A stretch of 64,000 nt of DNA, from assembly GCA_964551945.1 (NCBI GenBank), contig CAZKFH010000002.1:31785-95784 (forward strand), read 5' to 3'. Source of the stretch: an uncultured Actinomycetes bacterium (lineage in GTDB: Bacteria; Actinomycetota; UBA4738; CALAEC01). The position numbers and the translations under genes are program-made. The notes beneath the pieces are model-generated. The model made no database searches, had not been told where the DNA came from, and saw only the letters and a program-made list of their open reading frames with translations. Positions 37,637 to 46,439 of the stretch are shown here, one piece after another (position 1 is the first letter of the stretch; every line of letters starts with the position of its first letter).

Positions 37637-38062
37637 CTAGAGGTACCAGAGGTCACCCTCGAACTCGAAGCCGAGGGCCTCTTGTTCCCACTCGTCGCGC
37701 TTGGCGATGAGCCACCTCAGGAACTCCTGACGTTTGCGCTCGTAGTCGTCCGCGTCCCCGAAACCGGTCAGAACGGCAACCTCCTCCGAGACGATGCTGC
37801 CGTCCTCGGCTCGGTATCGACCGGTCGCGAGCGACTCCCTGCACCCGCCGAACAACGAGACAAGGAGATCGGCCGCCTGGTCACGACGCGCCGCGAACTC
37901 CGCGGCGTCGATGGTGCGGCTCCCCCGGGTCGACGGCACGTACACGACGCATTCGAGGGGAAGGTGCGTGATCCCCTTCGGCAGCTTGTCGAACGGGAGT
38001 GCCGAGACCCACTCTTCCTCGACAGCGAAGCGCGAGACTGCTGCGCGATCCGGCTTGCTCAT
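37637..38062 (-). CDS. Hypothetical acidic protein (141 aa)
   Basis: The track ORF has no recognisable motifs. It converges on the phosphodiesterase gene. Confidence 0.35.
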   Translation of the reverse strand: MSKPDRAAVSRFAVEEEWVSALPFDKLPKGITHLPLECVVYVPSTRGSRTIDAAEFAARRDQAADLLVSLFGGCRESLATGRYRAEDGSIVSEEVAVLTGFGDADDYERKRQEFLRWLIAKRDEWEQEALGFEFEGDLWYL

Positions 38063-38104
38063 GGCTCTCCTCCTTCTGGGTGTGGCGGACTATCCTCTCG
38101 CTTC

Positions 38105-38476
38105 ATGTTCTTCCGGAGGAAAGGCCGGCTGATCGCGGAGGAGGTCCGCGCAGAGCTCGGGGAGAGCGAGATAGTGGCGATGGACGAGAGCGCCAACTGT
38201 TTCGGTCTCGAGTCGAAGGGCGTCACCCAGCTCCGTGGGAACGGTTGTCTCGCCGCGACGAACGACGAGTTGCTGTTCATCATGTGGATCCCGCGACGTG
38301 AGACCCGCATCCCGCGCGCCTGGATCACCTCCGTTGAACGTGCGAGGTCTCATCTCGGGAAGACGATCTTCAGGCCGCTCCTCCTGGTGCGGTTCACGAA
38401 TGACCAGGGAGCGCAAGACTCGGTGGCGTGGTACGTCCGAGACTTGCCCGCGTGGGAAGCGGCGCTGGCATCCTGA
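38105..38476 (+). CDS. Hypothetical PH-like (bPH_2-type) domain protein, paralog of the 34723..35184 gene
   Basis: The ATG at 38105 lies inside the longer track ORF 37682..38476. Motifs include GNGCLAATNDELLFIMWIPRRETRIP and VAWYVRDLPAWEAAL. Confidence 0.4.
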   Translation: MFFRRKGRLIAEEVRAELGESEIVAMDESANCFGLESKGVTQLRGNGCLAATNDELLFIMWIPRRETRIPRAWITSVERARSHLGKTIFRPLLLVRFTNDQGAQDSVAWYVRDLPAWEAALAS

Positions 38477-39303
38477 GCTTCGGCCGGCGGGGCCTCGGTC
38501 TGGTTCGAGCAACCCATCCCCTTCCTGCCATTGCCGTCACGACGCTCGTCGCCGCCGTGGCATTCTCTCGGGGAGCTCGAGGAGCCGCGCTCGCGCTCGT
38601 GATCCTCTCTACCGCGGCGGGCCAGGCGTCGGTCGGATGGTCGAACGACTTCATCGATTCCCCCCGAGACCGTGCGGCGCAGCGGAGCGACAAGCCGATC
38701 GTGGCCGGGGAGGTGAGCGAGAAAGTTGTTCTGATCGGGGCGCTGGCTGCGTTCCCGCTGAGCGGTGCCCTGTCCGTGCCCTTGGGTCCCGGGGAGGCGG
38801 TAGTTATGGCCGTCGCTGTGGGCTCGGCGTGGCTCTACAACGCGTTCCTCAAGTCCAGCGCGCTCAGCTGGCTCCCGTACGCGGTCTCGTTCGGGCTCGC
38901 CCCGGTGTACGTGTGGCTCGTGACATCCGACGGGGCTCCACCCGCCTGGATCGTGGCCAGCACGGCGCTCCTGGGTGTCGCCGGTCACCTTCTGAACGTG
39001 ATCCCCGACCTCGGGACCGATCGCACCACGGACGTACGAGGTCTTCCGCACCGCCTCGGTCTGAGGAACTCCCTGTTGCTGGCGTGCGCCTTGCTGGTCG
39101 GTGTCCTCGCGCTGATCCTCTTCGCGACGTTGCCACTTACCGTCGGGCAAGTGGTGGTCGGTGTGCTCGCGCTGGTGCTCGTCGGTGGGATCGCCTGGGC
39201 GGGCATGCGCGGCAAGGGTCGCCTGGGATTCAGGTTGACCATCGCCGCGGTGGCCGCGATCGTGGCCGTGTTCTTCTTGTCGCCGGCCGCTTCGCGGCTC
39301 TGA
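38428..39303 (+). CDS. UbiA-family prenyltransferase (decaprenyl-phosphate phosphoribosyltransferase-like)
   Basis: The motif NDFIDSPRD fits the ND..D...D UbiA signature. The protein is polytopic. Confidence 0.7.
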   Translation: MVRPRLARVGSGAGILSFGRRGLGLVRATHPLPAIAVTTLVAAVAFSRGARGAALALVILSTAAGQASVGWSNDFIDSPRDRAAQRSDKPIVAGEVSEKVVLIGALAAFPLSGALSVPLGPGEAVVMAVAVGSAWLYNAFLKSSALSWLPYAVSFGLAPVYVWLVTSDGAPPAWIVASTALLGVAGHLLNVIPDLGTDRTTDVRGLPHRLGLRNSLLLACALLVGVLALILFATLPLTVGQVVVGVLALVLVGGIAWAGMRGKGRLGFRLTIAAVAAIVAVFFLSPAASRL

Positions 39304-40606
39304 GCCCGGCCACAGCGGGGATCCCGTACCGCAGCGATGTCTGCAGGACCCGACCCCATGTCGTTCCTCCGAGGCTCGCCGTGAGCATCGAGGTCCCGCT
39401 GAACGTCAGGGCGGCGGTTCGAACGAAGGGCGATCCCGCGACGATGGCCAGGATCAGCGGCGCGGTCAGATGCCAGTAGAGGAACCATGGGGTCACCACG
39501 ATGTAGGCCATGAAAGCCGCGGCGGCGGCTGGCCATGGGTCCTCGACGAAGGCAGGCTTCCTTGCGAGGACCAGGATCACAGTAGCGATCGTCGCGATGC
39601 CGAGGATACGAACGACAGCGGTCGCGATGTCATCCCCGAAGAGCTCCGCGAGCAAGAGCTGGACCTGCCCGCCGAGCGACGCGGAGGCACGCTTGCCGAT
39701 CTCGGCGAGGCCCGACAGGGTCGACAGGCCTTCCCAGAAGGGTGCCCAAGCCGCCACTGACATGGCTGCCGCGATGCCCGCTGCCCGGAGTCCCGTCGGG
39801 ACATGACGTCGAGCGAGCGCGATGAGATACACGAGCAAGACGACTCCGGCATACGCCTTGATCAGGAACGCTCCGGTGAGTACCAGGGTGACGAGGAGGG
39901 GTCGTTTGCGCCGATCCCAGACGATCGCCCACAGCACCGCAGCGACCACGGCAACGTCGGCATGGCCGCCGAGAGTCAGCGACACGATCACCAGCGGGCT
40001 CCAGATCCCGAGTACCGCGTTGCGACCTGGGTCCTGTCCTCGAGCTTCGGAGGCGCGTCGGATCCCGAGAACGCAGGCACCGCCCAACCCGAGCAACACG
40101 AACTTCATCAGGACGAACCCCATCGTCAGGCTCGAGCCGGCCAGCTTCGCGACGGCGCCCGTGATCATGGTCCAGAGCGGTCCGTAGACCGATGCCTGAT
40201 CGCCCCACTGCATCCACGGGAACCATGCGTCGGAGGCGAACGCGAGGGGCAGGACCGTGTACGGGTTGGCGCCGTGAACCGCCCACATCTTCCCGTAGAA
40301 GAGATACGCGTAGAGATCCTGCGACTGGGTCAGTGGCGCGAACAGCACGATCAGGTGCAGCGCACTTCCCCCGATGGCGGCGGGCCAGAACGAGACGCCG
40401 TTCCGGGTAGCCCAGACGGCGACCGCGTACGGAACGAAGGAGGCAACGACGAGGAAGCTGTACGCGTAGGTCACACCGGGGATCAGTCGCGGGCGGTACG
40501 CGTCGGTCGTCCCGAGGAAGGGTCGAACGAGGAAGAACAGGGAGAAGAGCGCGAGGCCCGCAAAGCCCAGATAGAGCCATAGGCGCTGCCGGCGATCGAG
40601 CGTCAC
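39230..40606 (-). CDS. GT-C-type polytopic membrane glycosyltransferase (DUF2029/GT87-like, arabino- or mannosyltransferase-like)
   Basis: It has many transmembrane segments. The motif QDLYAYLFYGKMWAVHGANPY is present. The GTG start at 40606 overlaps the stop of the upstream zinc-ribbon gene (GTGA). Confidence 0.5.
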   Translation of the reverse strand: MTLDRRQRLWLYLGFAGLALFSLFFLVRPFLGTTDAYRPRLIPGVTYAYSFLVVASFVPYAVAVWATRNGVSFWPAAIGGSALHLIVLFAPLTQSQDLYAYLFYGKMWAVHGANPYTVLPLAFASDAWFPWMQWGDQASVYGPLWTMITGAVAKLAGSSLTMGFVLMKFVLLGLGGACVLGIRRASEARGQDPGRNAVLGIWSPLVIVSLTLGGHADVAVVAAVLWAIVWDRRKRPLLVTLVLTGAFLIKAYAGVVLLVYLIALARRHVPTGLRAAGIAAAMSVAAWAPFWEGLSTLSGLAEIGKRASASLGGQVQLLLAELFGDDIATAVVRILGIATIATVILVLARKPAFVEDPWPAAAAAFMAYIVVTPWFLYWHLTAPLILAIVAGSPFVRTAALTFSGTSMLTASLGGTTWGRVLQTSLRYGIPAVAGLRAAKRPATRRTRPRSRPPRRWST

Positions 40607-40848
40607 AACGCCGCGGCGACGCGGTGCCCGCAGGACCGGCACACGACGTCTCCGAGCATCACGGACAGGCGAGGGCTGCCGCACTCGCCGCACACATCGA
40701 GCGAGGTAGCCCAGTCGGGACGCTCGGTCTGGCAGGCGGGGCAGACGAGCACCTGCCGGCCCCTTTGAGCGCCACGCGCCCAGGGGCGCTCGCGCTTGTC
40801 GGGGTCGTACGTCGCGCGTCCACAGAACAGGCAGGACGGGGAGGGCAC
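40603..40848 (-). CDS. Double zinc-ribbon protein (four CxxC pairs), translationally coupled to the GT-C gene
   Basis: The four pairs are CLFC, CPAC, CGEC and CRSC. Confidence 0.45.
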   Translation of the reverse strand: MPSPSCLFCGRATYDPDKRERPWARGAQRGRQVLVCPACQTERPDWATSLDVCGECGSPRLSVMLGDVVCRSCGHRVAAAL

Positions 40849-40984
40849 CGCTCGGAAGGATAGCCCGTGAGCGGGAAGGCCACGGGCGTCGTCGGTGTTG
40901 ACGTGAATGAAGGGGGAGGCGTAGATTCCTCTATGTTACCGACGGGTAGGTAAGGGGTCAGACGGACCCAAGGAAGGAGCTCAC

Positions 40985-42157
40985 ATGCGAGAGGCAGTGA
41001 TAGTCGAAGCGATCAGGACCCCGATCGGCAAGAAGGCCGGCAAGCTCAGCGGCTGGCATCCCGTGGACCTGCTGGCCGAGGTCCTCAAGGCAGCGGTCGA
41101 GCGGACGGGTATCGATCCCGCGCTGGTGGAGGACAACATCACCGGTTGCGTCTCGCAGACCGGCGAGCAGGGGATCAACATCGCGCGCAACGCGTGGCTT
41201 GCCGCGGGACTGCCCGAGGAGGTACCGGCCGTCACCATCGACCGTCAGTGTGGCTCCAGCCAGCAGGCGGCCCACTTCGCCGCGCAGGGAGTGATCGCCG
41301 GGACCTACGACCTCGTGATCGCCTCCGGCGTGGAGAACATGACCCGCGTCCCGATGGGCGTCACGGCATCGCAGGGTCCGGGCTTCCCGTTCCCCGAGTC
41401 GTTGATGAACCGTTACGAGGGCGGCCTGGTCCCGCAGGGCGTCTCGGCGGAGATCATCGCCGAGCGCTGGGATCTGTCGCGTCAGGAGCTCGACGAGTTC
41501 GGTCTACGCAGCCACGAGCTGGCTGCCAAGGCGACCGATGAAGGGAAGTTCCAGAACGAGATCTTCCCCATCAAGGTCGAGGGCGAGAGCGGTACCGAGG
41601 TCTTCGAGCAGGATCAGGGCATCCGGCGCGGCTCGACGGTCGAGAAGATGGGAACGCTCCCGACGCCCTTCAAGGAGGGTGGCGTCATCACGGCGGGGAA
41701 CTCCAGCCAGATCTCTGACGGCGCGTCGGCCGTCGTGATCGCCAGCCGCGAGAAGGCCGAGGAGCTCGGCCTGAAGCCGAGGGCCCGGTTCCACGCGTTC
41801 TCGCTCGCCGGCGTCGACCCGATCACGATGCTCACGGGCGTGATCCCGTCGACGAAGAAGGCGCTCGCGAACGCGAACCTGAAGCTGGACGACATTGACG
41901 TGGTCGAGATCAACGAGGCGTTCGCGTCCGTCGTGCTCTCGTGGAAGAAGGAGCTCGAGATCCCCGACGAGTGGTTCGAGAAGAACGTGAACCCGAACGG
42001 GGGAGCGATCGCCATCGGCCACCCACTCGGCGCCAGCGGGACCCGCTTGATGGCGTCGCTGCTGAACGAGCTCGAGCGGCGTGAGGCGCGGTTCGGCCTT
42101 CAGACGATGTGCGAGGGCGGCGGCGTCTCCAACGCGACCATCATCGAGCGCCTCTAA
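40985..42157 (+). CDS. Acetyl-CoA C-acetyltransferase (thiolase II)
   Basis: The thiolase motifs are the active Cys near DRQCGSSQQA, NEAFASV, and GHPLGASG near the C-terminus. Confidence 0.9.
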   Translation: MREAVIVEAIRTPIGKKAGKLSGWHPVDLLAEVLKAAVERTGIDPALVEDNITGCVSQTGEQGINIARNAWLAAGLPEEVPAVTIDRQCGSSQQAAHFAAQGVIAGTYDLVIASGVENMTRVPMGVTASQGPGFPFPESLMNRYEGGLVPQGVSAEIIAERWDLSRQELDEFGLRSHELAAKATDEGKFQNEIFPIKVEGESGTEVFEQDQGIRRGSTVEKMGTLPTPFKEGGVITAGNSSQISDGASAVVIASREKAEELGLKPRARFHAFSLAGVDPITMLTGVIPSTKKALANANLKLDDIDVVEINEAFASVVLSWKKELEIPDEWFEKNVNPNGGAIAIGHPLGASGTRLMASLLNELERREARFGLQTMCEGGGVSNATIIERL

Positions 42158-42204
42158 AGAGCGCATCCAGGATCGCTTGCGAGGGGCGCCGGAAGGCGCC
42201 CCTC

Positions 42205-42564
42205 GTGCTTTACTCGCCCCCGGTGCTCTTCGTCTGGATCCTCCTCGGCGCCACCGCCACGTCCCTGTTCCTGCTGGGGTTGAGCTGGCTCGCCGACGTG
42301 GCGCCGGGAGCTCCGCTGGTCGCGCTCGCGCTCGGACTGTTCGTCTTCCTCTTCGGTGTGCGGATGCTTCGTCGCGCGTCGATCCCACCCCCCGCGCACG
42401 ACGGACCCGCGGAAGACGTCGTGGACCTCGACGTGTTCTTCGTATGCGTCGAGTGCGGGACGGAATTCCGGGTGGAGAAGATCGGCGAGCTGCAAGTGCC
42501 CCGGCACTGCGGGGAGCGCATGGCGGTGGAGCGCCGGCCGCGCACCGTGCCGGATCTCAACTAG
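42205..42564 (+). CDS. Two-TM membrane protein with a C-terminal zinc ribbon (CVEC...HC)
   Basis: A GTG at 42205 is inferred as the start. The helices are VLFVWILLGATATSLFLLGLSWLA and LVALALGLFVFLFGV. The C-terminus reads FFVCVECGTEFRVEKIGELQVPRHCGERM. Confidence 0.4.
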   Translation: MLYSPPVLFVWILLGATATSLFLLGLSWLADVAPGAPLVALALGLFVFLFGVRMLRRASIPPPAHDGPAEDVVDLDVFFVCVECGTEFRVEKIGELQVPRHCGERMAVERRPRTVPDLN

Positions 42565-42806
42565 CCGTCGCGGAGCTCCTCGGCCTTCTCCTTGAGCTTG
42601 CGGAAGTCCTTGCGGGGACGGCCCCCGGGGGTGAGAGAGTCGGTCTTCGAGAATCCCCAGCCGGAGAAGCGGATCCCCACGCCACCCCAGGTGCGCTTCA
42701 GCTCGCCGCCACACTCGGGGCAGGGGCCCGGCGGCCCGGACCCCATCGGCTGCATCTCCTCGACCTCGTGGCCACAGGCCCGGCAGCGGTAGGCGTAGAT
42801 CGGCAC
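42561..42806 (-). CDS. FmdB-family zinc-ribbon regulatory protein
   Basis: The N-terminus MPIYAYRCRACGHEVE...CPECGG is the FmdB CxxC-x-CxxC pattern. Confidence 0.6.
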   Translation of the reverse strand: MPIYAYRCRACGHEVEEMQPMGSGPPGPCPECGGELKRTWGGVGIRFSGWGFSKTDSLTPGGRPRKDFRKLKEKAEELRDG

Positions 42807-42811
42807 CCTAG

Positions 42812-42830
42812 TTATCCACAGTGTGGAAAT
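42812..42830. promoter_or_regulatory. Head-to-head DnaA-box palindrome TTATCCACA-g-TGTGGAAAT in a local AT-rich islet (about 42808..42860)
   Basis: It contains a perfect E. coli-consensus DnaA box. The partner site is inverted with 7 of 9 matches. The core CCACA-G-TGTGG is palindromic. It lies immediately upstream of the fmdB start and downstream of crgA. Confidence 0.4.
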
Positions 42831-42856
42831 GCATGGGGATAATTACGAGCCTGTGA

Positions 42857-43093
42857 TTAGCGCCACTGGGTGGCCAGGCCGAAGCCCAACGCGATCATGC
42901 CCAGGCCGCTCCAGAGGTACAGGTTGGAGGGCTGCTCCGCCCAGGGGATCAGGGAGAGGTAGTTGAGGATGATGGTCGCGACCCCCAGGCCGAGAATGAC
43001 AAGAACCGTGACTCCGAACCACGTGGGGCTCGGCTTCGGCTTCTTCTTCGGCGGTGGCTGGTACGTGTTCCGCTTCGACTTGGACTTGGGCAC
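42857..43093 (-). CDS. crgA: Cell division protein CrgA
   Basis: The GTG at 43093 has a GGAGGAG ribosome-binding site. The sequence VPKSKSKRNTYQPP...WFGVTVLVILGLGVATIILNYLSLIPWAEQPSNLYLWSGLGMIALGFGLATQWR matches Mtb CrgA (two transmembrane segments, ~80 aa). Confidence 0.7.
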   Translation of the reverse strand: MPKSKSKRNTYQPPPKKKPKPSPTWFGVTVLVILGLGVATIILNYLSLIPWAEQPSNLYLWSGLGMIALGFGLATQWR

Positions 43094-43128
43094 GTCTCTC
43101 CTCCTCGAGTGCGAAATATCATAGTCAC

Positions 43129-43839
43129 ATGCAGGCGCCCGCCCCCCGAATGGCCATGGTCCTCGCGGCCGGGCTGCTTGGCTTCCTCGCCGTCCTCGCG
43201 GCAACTCGCCCCGCCGGCTCGCCGCGAGAGCTGCGCCGGTTCGAGCTCGCCGATCTGGTCCAGGCGGAGGACGCGCAGGTGCGGGACCTGCGAGCCCAGC
43301 TCGAGGGGCTCGAGGCCCAGATCGGAGACTTGGACGACGAGTCGGGGGACGCCAACCTGAATGCGCTCAGGGAAGAGATCGCGTTGCTCGACCGGTCCGG
43401 CGGGTCCGCAGCCGTCGAGGGGCCCGGCCTCCTCGTCACCCTCGATGACAGCCCGCAGGTCCGTTCCCCGTCGGGAGACCCGAACGACCTGGTGGTGCAC
43501 GAGGCCGACATCCAGACGGTCGTCAACGCCTTGTGGGCGTCCGGAGCGGAGGTCGTGGCGATCAACGGCGAGCGCCTGACGGCGGGTTCAGCGGTGCGGT
43601 GTGCGGGAAACACCCTCTTGTTGCACGGGACACTGCACACGCCGCCCTACGAGATCGCCGCGATCGGCCAGCCGGCCGAGCTCGCGTCTTCTCTCATGGG
43701 TCGGCCCGGGATGGATCGCCTGGAGGCCGCGTTCGACGCGTATGGGCGTGGCTTCGACATCGAGACGAGGATGGTGCGTGTGAACCCAGGCTCAACGTCG
43801 AGCGGCCGAGGTGTCGCCGAGCTTATGGAGGACGCCTGA
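43129..43839 (+). CDS. DUF881 family membrane protein (the Rv0012 position)
   Basis: The ATG at 43129 is followed by the transmembrane helix MAMVLAAGLLGFLAVLAA, a coiled-coil segment (LRAQLEGLEAQIGDL), and a conserved C-terminal domain. Confidence 0.6.
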   Translation: MQAPAPRMAMVLAAGLLGFLAVLAATRPAGSPRELRRFELADLVQAEDAQVRDLRAQLEGLEAQIGDLDDESGDANLNALREEIALLDRSGGSAAVEGPGLLVTLDDSPQVRSPSGDPNDLVVHEADIQTVVNALWASGAEVVAINGERLTAGSAVRCAGNTLLLHGTLHTPPYEIAAIGQPAELASSLMGRPGMDRLEAAFDAYGRGFDIETRMVRVNPGSTSSGRGVAELMEDA

Positions 43840-43982
43840 TGTTTGCATGGCTGCGCCGTCACCAGCCGCGGAACGTTCCTCTGGCGATCCTCTACTGGAC
43901 GGTCCTGACGGTGGGCGCGTTCTTCGCGCTGTTCCTGCTCTTCTACTTCGTCGTGGATCCGCTTCTGCCCGCGATGTTCTAG
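43839..43982 (+). CDS. Small membrane protein (47 aa) MFAWLRRHQPRNVPLAILYWTVLTVGAFFALFLLFYFVVDPLLPAMF
   Basis: Its ATG overlaps the DUF881 stop (TGATG). It is strongly hydrophobic. Confidence 0.3.
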   Translation: MFAWLRRHQPRNVPLAILYWTVLTVGAFFALFLLFYFVVDPLLPAMF

Positions 43983-46345
43983 GGGCGAAGCCGCAACGTC
44001 TTTTCCGCGTGCCGCTCCACCGCATCACGGCTGAACGGCATGGGGTGATGTGTTCCGGCTCCCCACAGGGGAAGCAGATCCGCGAAGTGCGGGCTCGCGG
44101 GATTCCCCGACTGGCCCACGGTGTGCGTGCCGATCGAGGCGTCCCAGTCGGAGGGATCGAGGATCTGACGCCACGACGGTGCCACGACGACGTCGTAGGA
44201 CCATCCGGGCTCGAACAGGCCCTGCGCGACGGTCTGCTCGTCGCCCCCCATCTCGACCACGCCGGCGGTGAACAGCTCGGCGAGATCGGGGATGAGCGCC
44301 AGGCGCCCCGCGAACGTTGCCTTGTGCAGAGATCCCCACTGCCAGGCGCCCATGTCCTCGCCCAACGCCGTCGTCAGCTCGTCGAGCGCTTCGTCGAGCG
44401 CCTCTCGAAGGACCGCGTCGCGAGCGGTGGTGCCGTTCGATCCCCACCACCGCGCCGTCGGATAGGTGAGCAGGTTCGGTAGGACCTGGTACTGGAACGC
44501 GTTGGTCCACTGCCGCCGTCCGTAGAAATGCGTCAGCAGCTCCTCGTCGCCGTCGAAGAGGCGACGCAGCACGCGAAGCGCGATGTGCTTGTTCCAGACC
44601 TCGTACATCGCGGCTGCGGAAGAGTCGGCAGCGACGTCGTGATCCCACTCGGCCAGTAGGGCGAGTGCAGACTTCTGCCGATCGCTCCCGGGCTCGATCG
44701 CGATCAAGGCAGGCACGAGATCGGCGGCGGGCAGGGAGACGGTATCCATCTGCATCCGCGCGAACGACGCGGCGTCGTGGGTCTCGCGCTCGCAGATCAT
44801 CTGCGCGACACGGCGGGCCCGAAACGGCGGGAGGAAGTCTCGGCCCAGATTGTGGGGATACCCCTCGTCGTGCATCTTGTTGTTGGCTGTGACGAGGAAC
44901 CCGTCCTCGGGGTTGAATGCCCTCGGGAGCTCCTCGAACGGCACCCAGCCGTCCCACTCGTAGTCGTCGGTCCATCCGGGCACCGGCACCGTCCCGTCAC
45001 CCTTGCGACGGATCGGGTACCTGCCCGTGAGCTGGTAGCCGATGTTCCCGTCGACGTCCGCGTAGACCATGTTCTGGCCCGGGCACTGCCAGTTGCGGAC
45101 GGCCTCCCGGAACTCGTCCCAGCTCCCCGCGGTGTTGATGGCGAAGATGGTCGAGGGCTCGACGCATGCCTCAGTGGCGGCCCACCGCAGGGCATACGTT
45201 TGTCGGATGCCGCCCTCGACGATCACGGGGTCGGCGATGCCGACCATGTAGGAGTCCAGGATCGGCCCATGTCGGCTCTCCTTGACCTCGACGACGTGCG
45301 GTTCGTCGTGGCCGCGCACCGCGATCTCCTCACGATGGATCGTGAGTGGCTCCCAAGAGCCGTTGTGCTCGGCCTGAGTCCCGTCCTCGGAGAGACGCTC
45401 GAGGTACAGGTCCATGACGTCGCCCTCGGTGTTCGTGAATCCCCATCCGATCCGCTCGTTGTGGCCGATGACGATCCCGGGGCTGAATGGGAACGTGACC
45501 CCGGCGGCGTGGTAGCCAGGAGTCGAGAGGTGGCACTCGAACCAGATCGACGGGGCGGCAACCGCGAGGTGTGGGTCGTTGGCCAGCAGCGGCTTGCCGG
45601 TGGCCGTGCGCGTCGCGTCCACGACCCAGTTGTTCGATCCTTGACCCGACGGCGGCAGGATCGCGTCGCGGAGGAGCGCGGCGCGATCGGGCCCGCCCTC
45701 CTTGCCGGCCTCCACGAGTGCGGACTCGGTGTCGAGGTCGGGGAACAGCATGCGCATGACCTCCGGCCCCAAGCGCTCCGCGATCTCCGCGCGAAGCAGC
45801 TCGTGGTCCCAGTTCCGCGAGAGGCCATACGCCATGAACACGGAGGTCGCGGCACCGACACCGACGATCTCGTCGTCTTCGGGGAGGACGGGCTCCACGT
45901 CGAGGACCTGGTACTCGACCGGTTTGGCCGGCATGGACTCGACCCATCCACGGAACCCTGCCAGGAAGTCATGTGCCATCTCCATCGAGCGGTCGTCGTA
46001 CCGGGCGCCGAGCGCCGCGCCGATCCGGTTCCACCCCATGGTCCTGACGTAGCGATCGATGGGAAGTGTGAGCTCGCTGAACAGCTCCGAGAGCGTCCCG
46101 GTTGCCAAGCGGGACAGGAAGTCGAACTGGAAGAGGCGCTCGGAGGCGATCACCCATCCCTGCGCCAAGAACAGGTCGTGGAGGTCCGTCGCGTAGATAT
46201 GGGGGACTCCCCAACGATCCCGGATCACGTCAACCTCGCCGTGCAAGCCGGGCGCTCGAACATCACCCTCCACGGGCGGGAGTGCCTGTTTCGCACCTTC
46301 GCGGACTGCCTCGACGAGCGGGTTCGGCGCCGCCTGATCGCTCAT
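43979..46345 (-). CDS. Penicillin amidase / acylase (S45 Ntn-hydrolase family)
   Basis: The length is 788 aa. The N-terminal pattern RDRWGVPHIYA and the autoproteolytic SNNWVV region fit this family. Confidence 0.8.
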   Translation of the reverse strand: MSDQAAPNPLVEAVREGAKQALPPVEGDVRAPGLHGEVDVIRDRWGVPHIYATDLHDLFLAQGWVIASERLFQFDFLSRLATGTLSELFSELTLPIDRYVRTMGWNRIGAALGARYDDRSMEMAHDFLAGFRGWVESMPAKPVEYQVLDVEPVLPEDDEIVGVGAATSVFMAYGLSRNWDHELLRAEIAERLGPEVMRMLFPDLDTESALVEAGKEGGPDRAALLRDAILPPSGQGSNNWVVDATRTATGKPLLANDPHLAVAAPSIWFECHLSTPGYHAAGVTFPFSPGIVIGHNERIGWGFTNTEGDVMDLYLERLSEDGTQAEHNGSWEPLTIHREEIAVRGHDEPHVVEVKESRHGPILDSYMVGIADPVIVEGGIRQTYALRWAATEACVEPSTIFAINTAGSWDEFREAVRNWQCPGQNMVYADVDGNIGYQLTGRYPIRRKGDGTVPVPGWTDDYEWDGWVPFEELPRAFNPEDGFLVTANNKMHDEGYPHNLGRDFLPPFRARRVAQMICERETHDAASFARMQMDTVSLPAADLVPALIAIEPGSDRQKSALALLAEWDHDVAADSSAAAMYEVWNKHIALRVLRRLFDGDEELLTHFYGRRQWTNAFQYQVLPNLLTYPTARWWGSNGTTARDAVLREALDEALDELTTALGEDMGAWQWGSLHKATFAGRLALIPDLAELFTAGVVEMGGDEQTVAQGLFEPGWSYDVVVAPSWRQILDPSDWDASIGTHTVGQSGNPASPHFADLLPLWGAGTHHPMPFSRDAVERHAEKTLRLRP

Positions 46346-46439
46346 GGGCGGTCAACGGTACCAGGGCGGACGAATGGGCTCGGGTTGTCGGTTGTCACCG
46401 AGAGCGACATAATCCCCCTCCGCACCGAAAGGAGCCGAC

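Noticed and set aside
37682-38476. 264-aa plus-strand ORF
   Set aside because: Its first 141 codons overlap the minus-strand 141-aa gene and are low-complexity. The PH-like domain starts at the internal ATG at 38105, so I called that instead.
43811-44482. 223-aa plus-strand ORF
   Set aside because: It is antisense to the well-supported penicillin-acylase gene and has no motifs.
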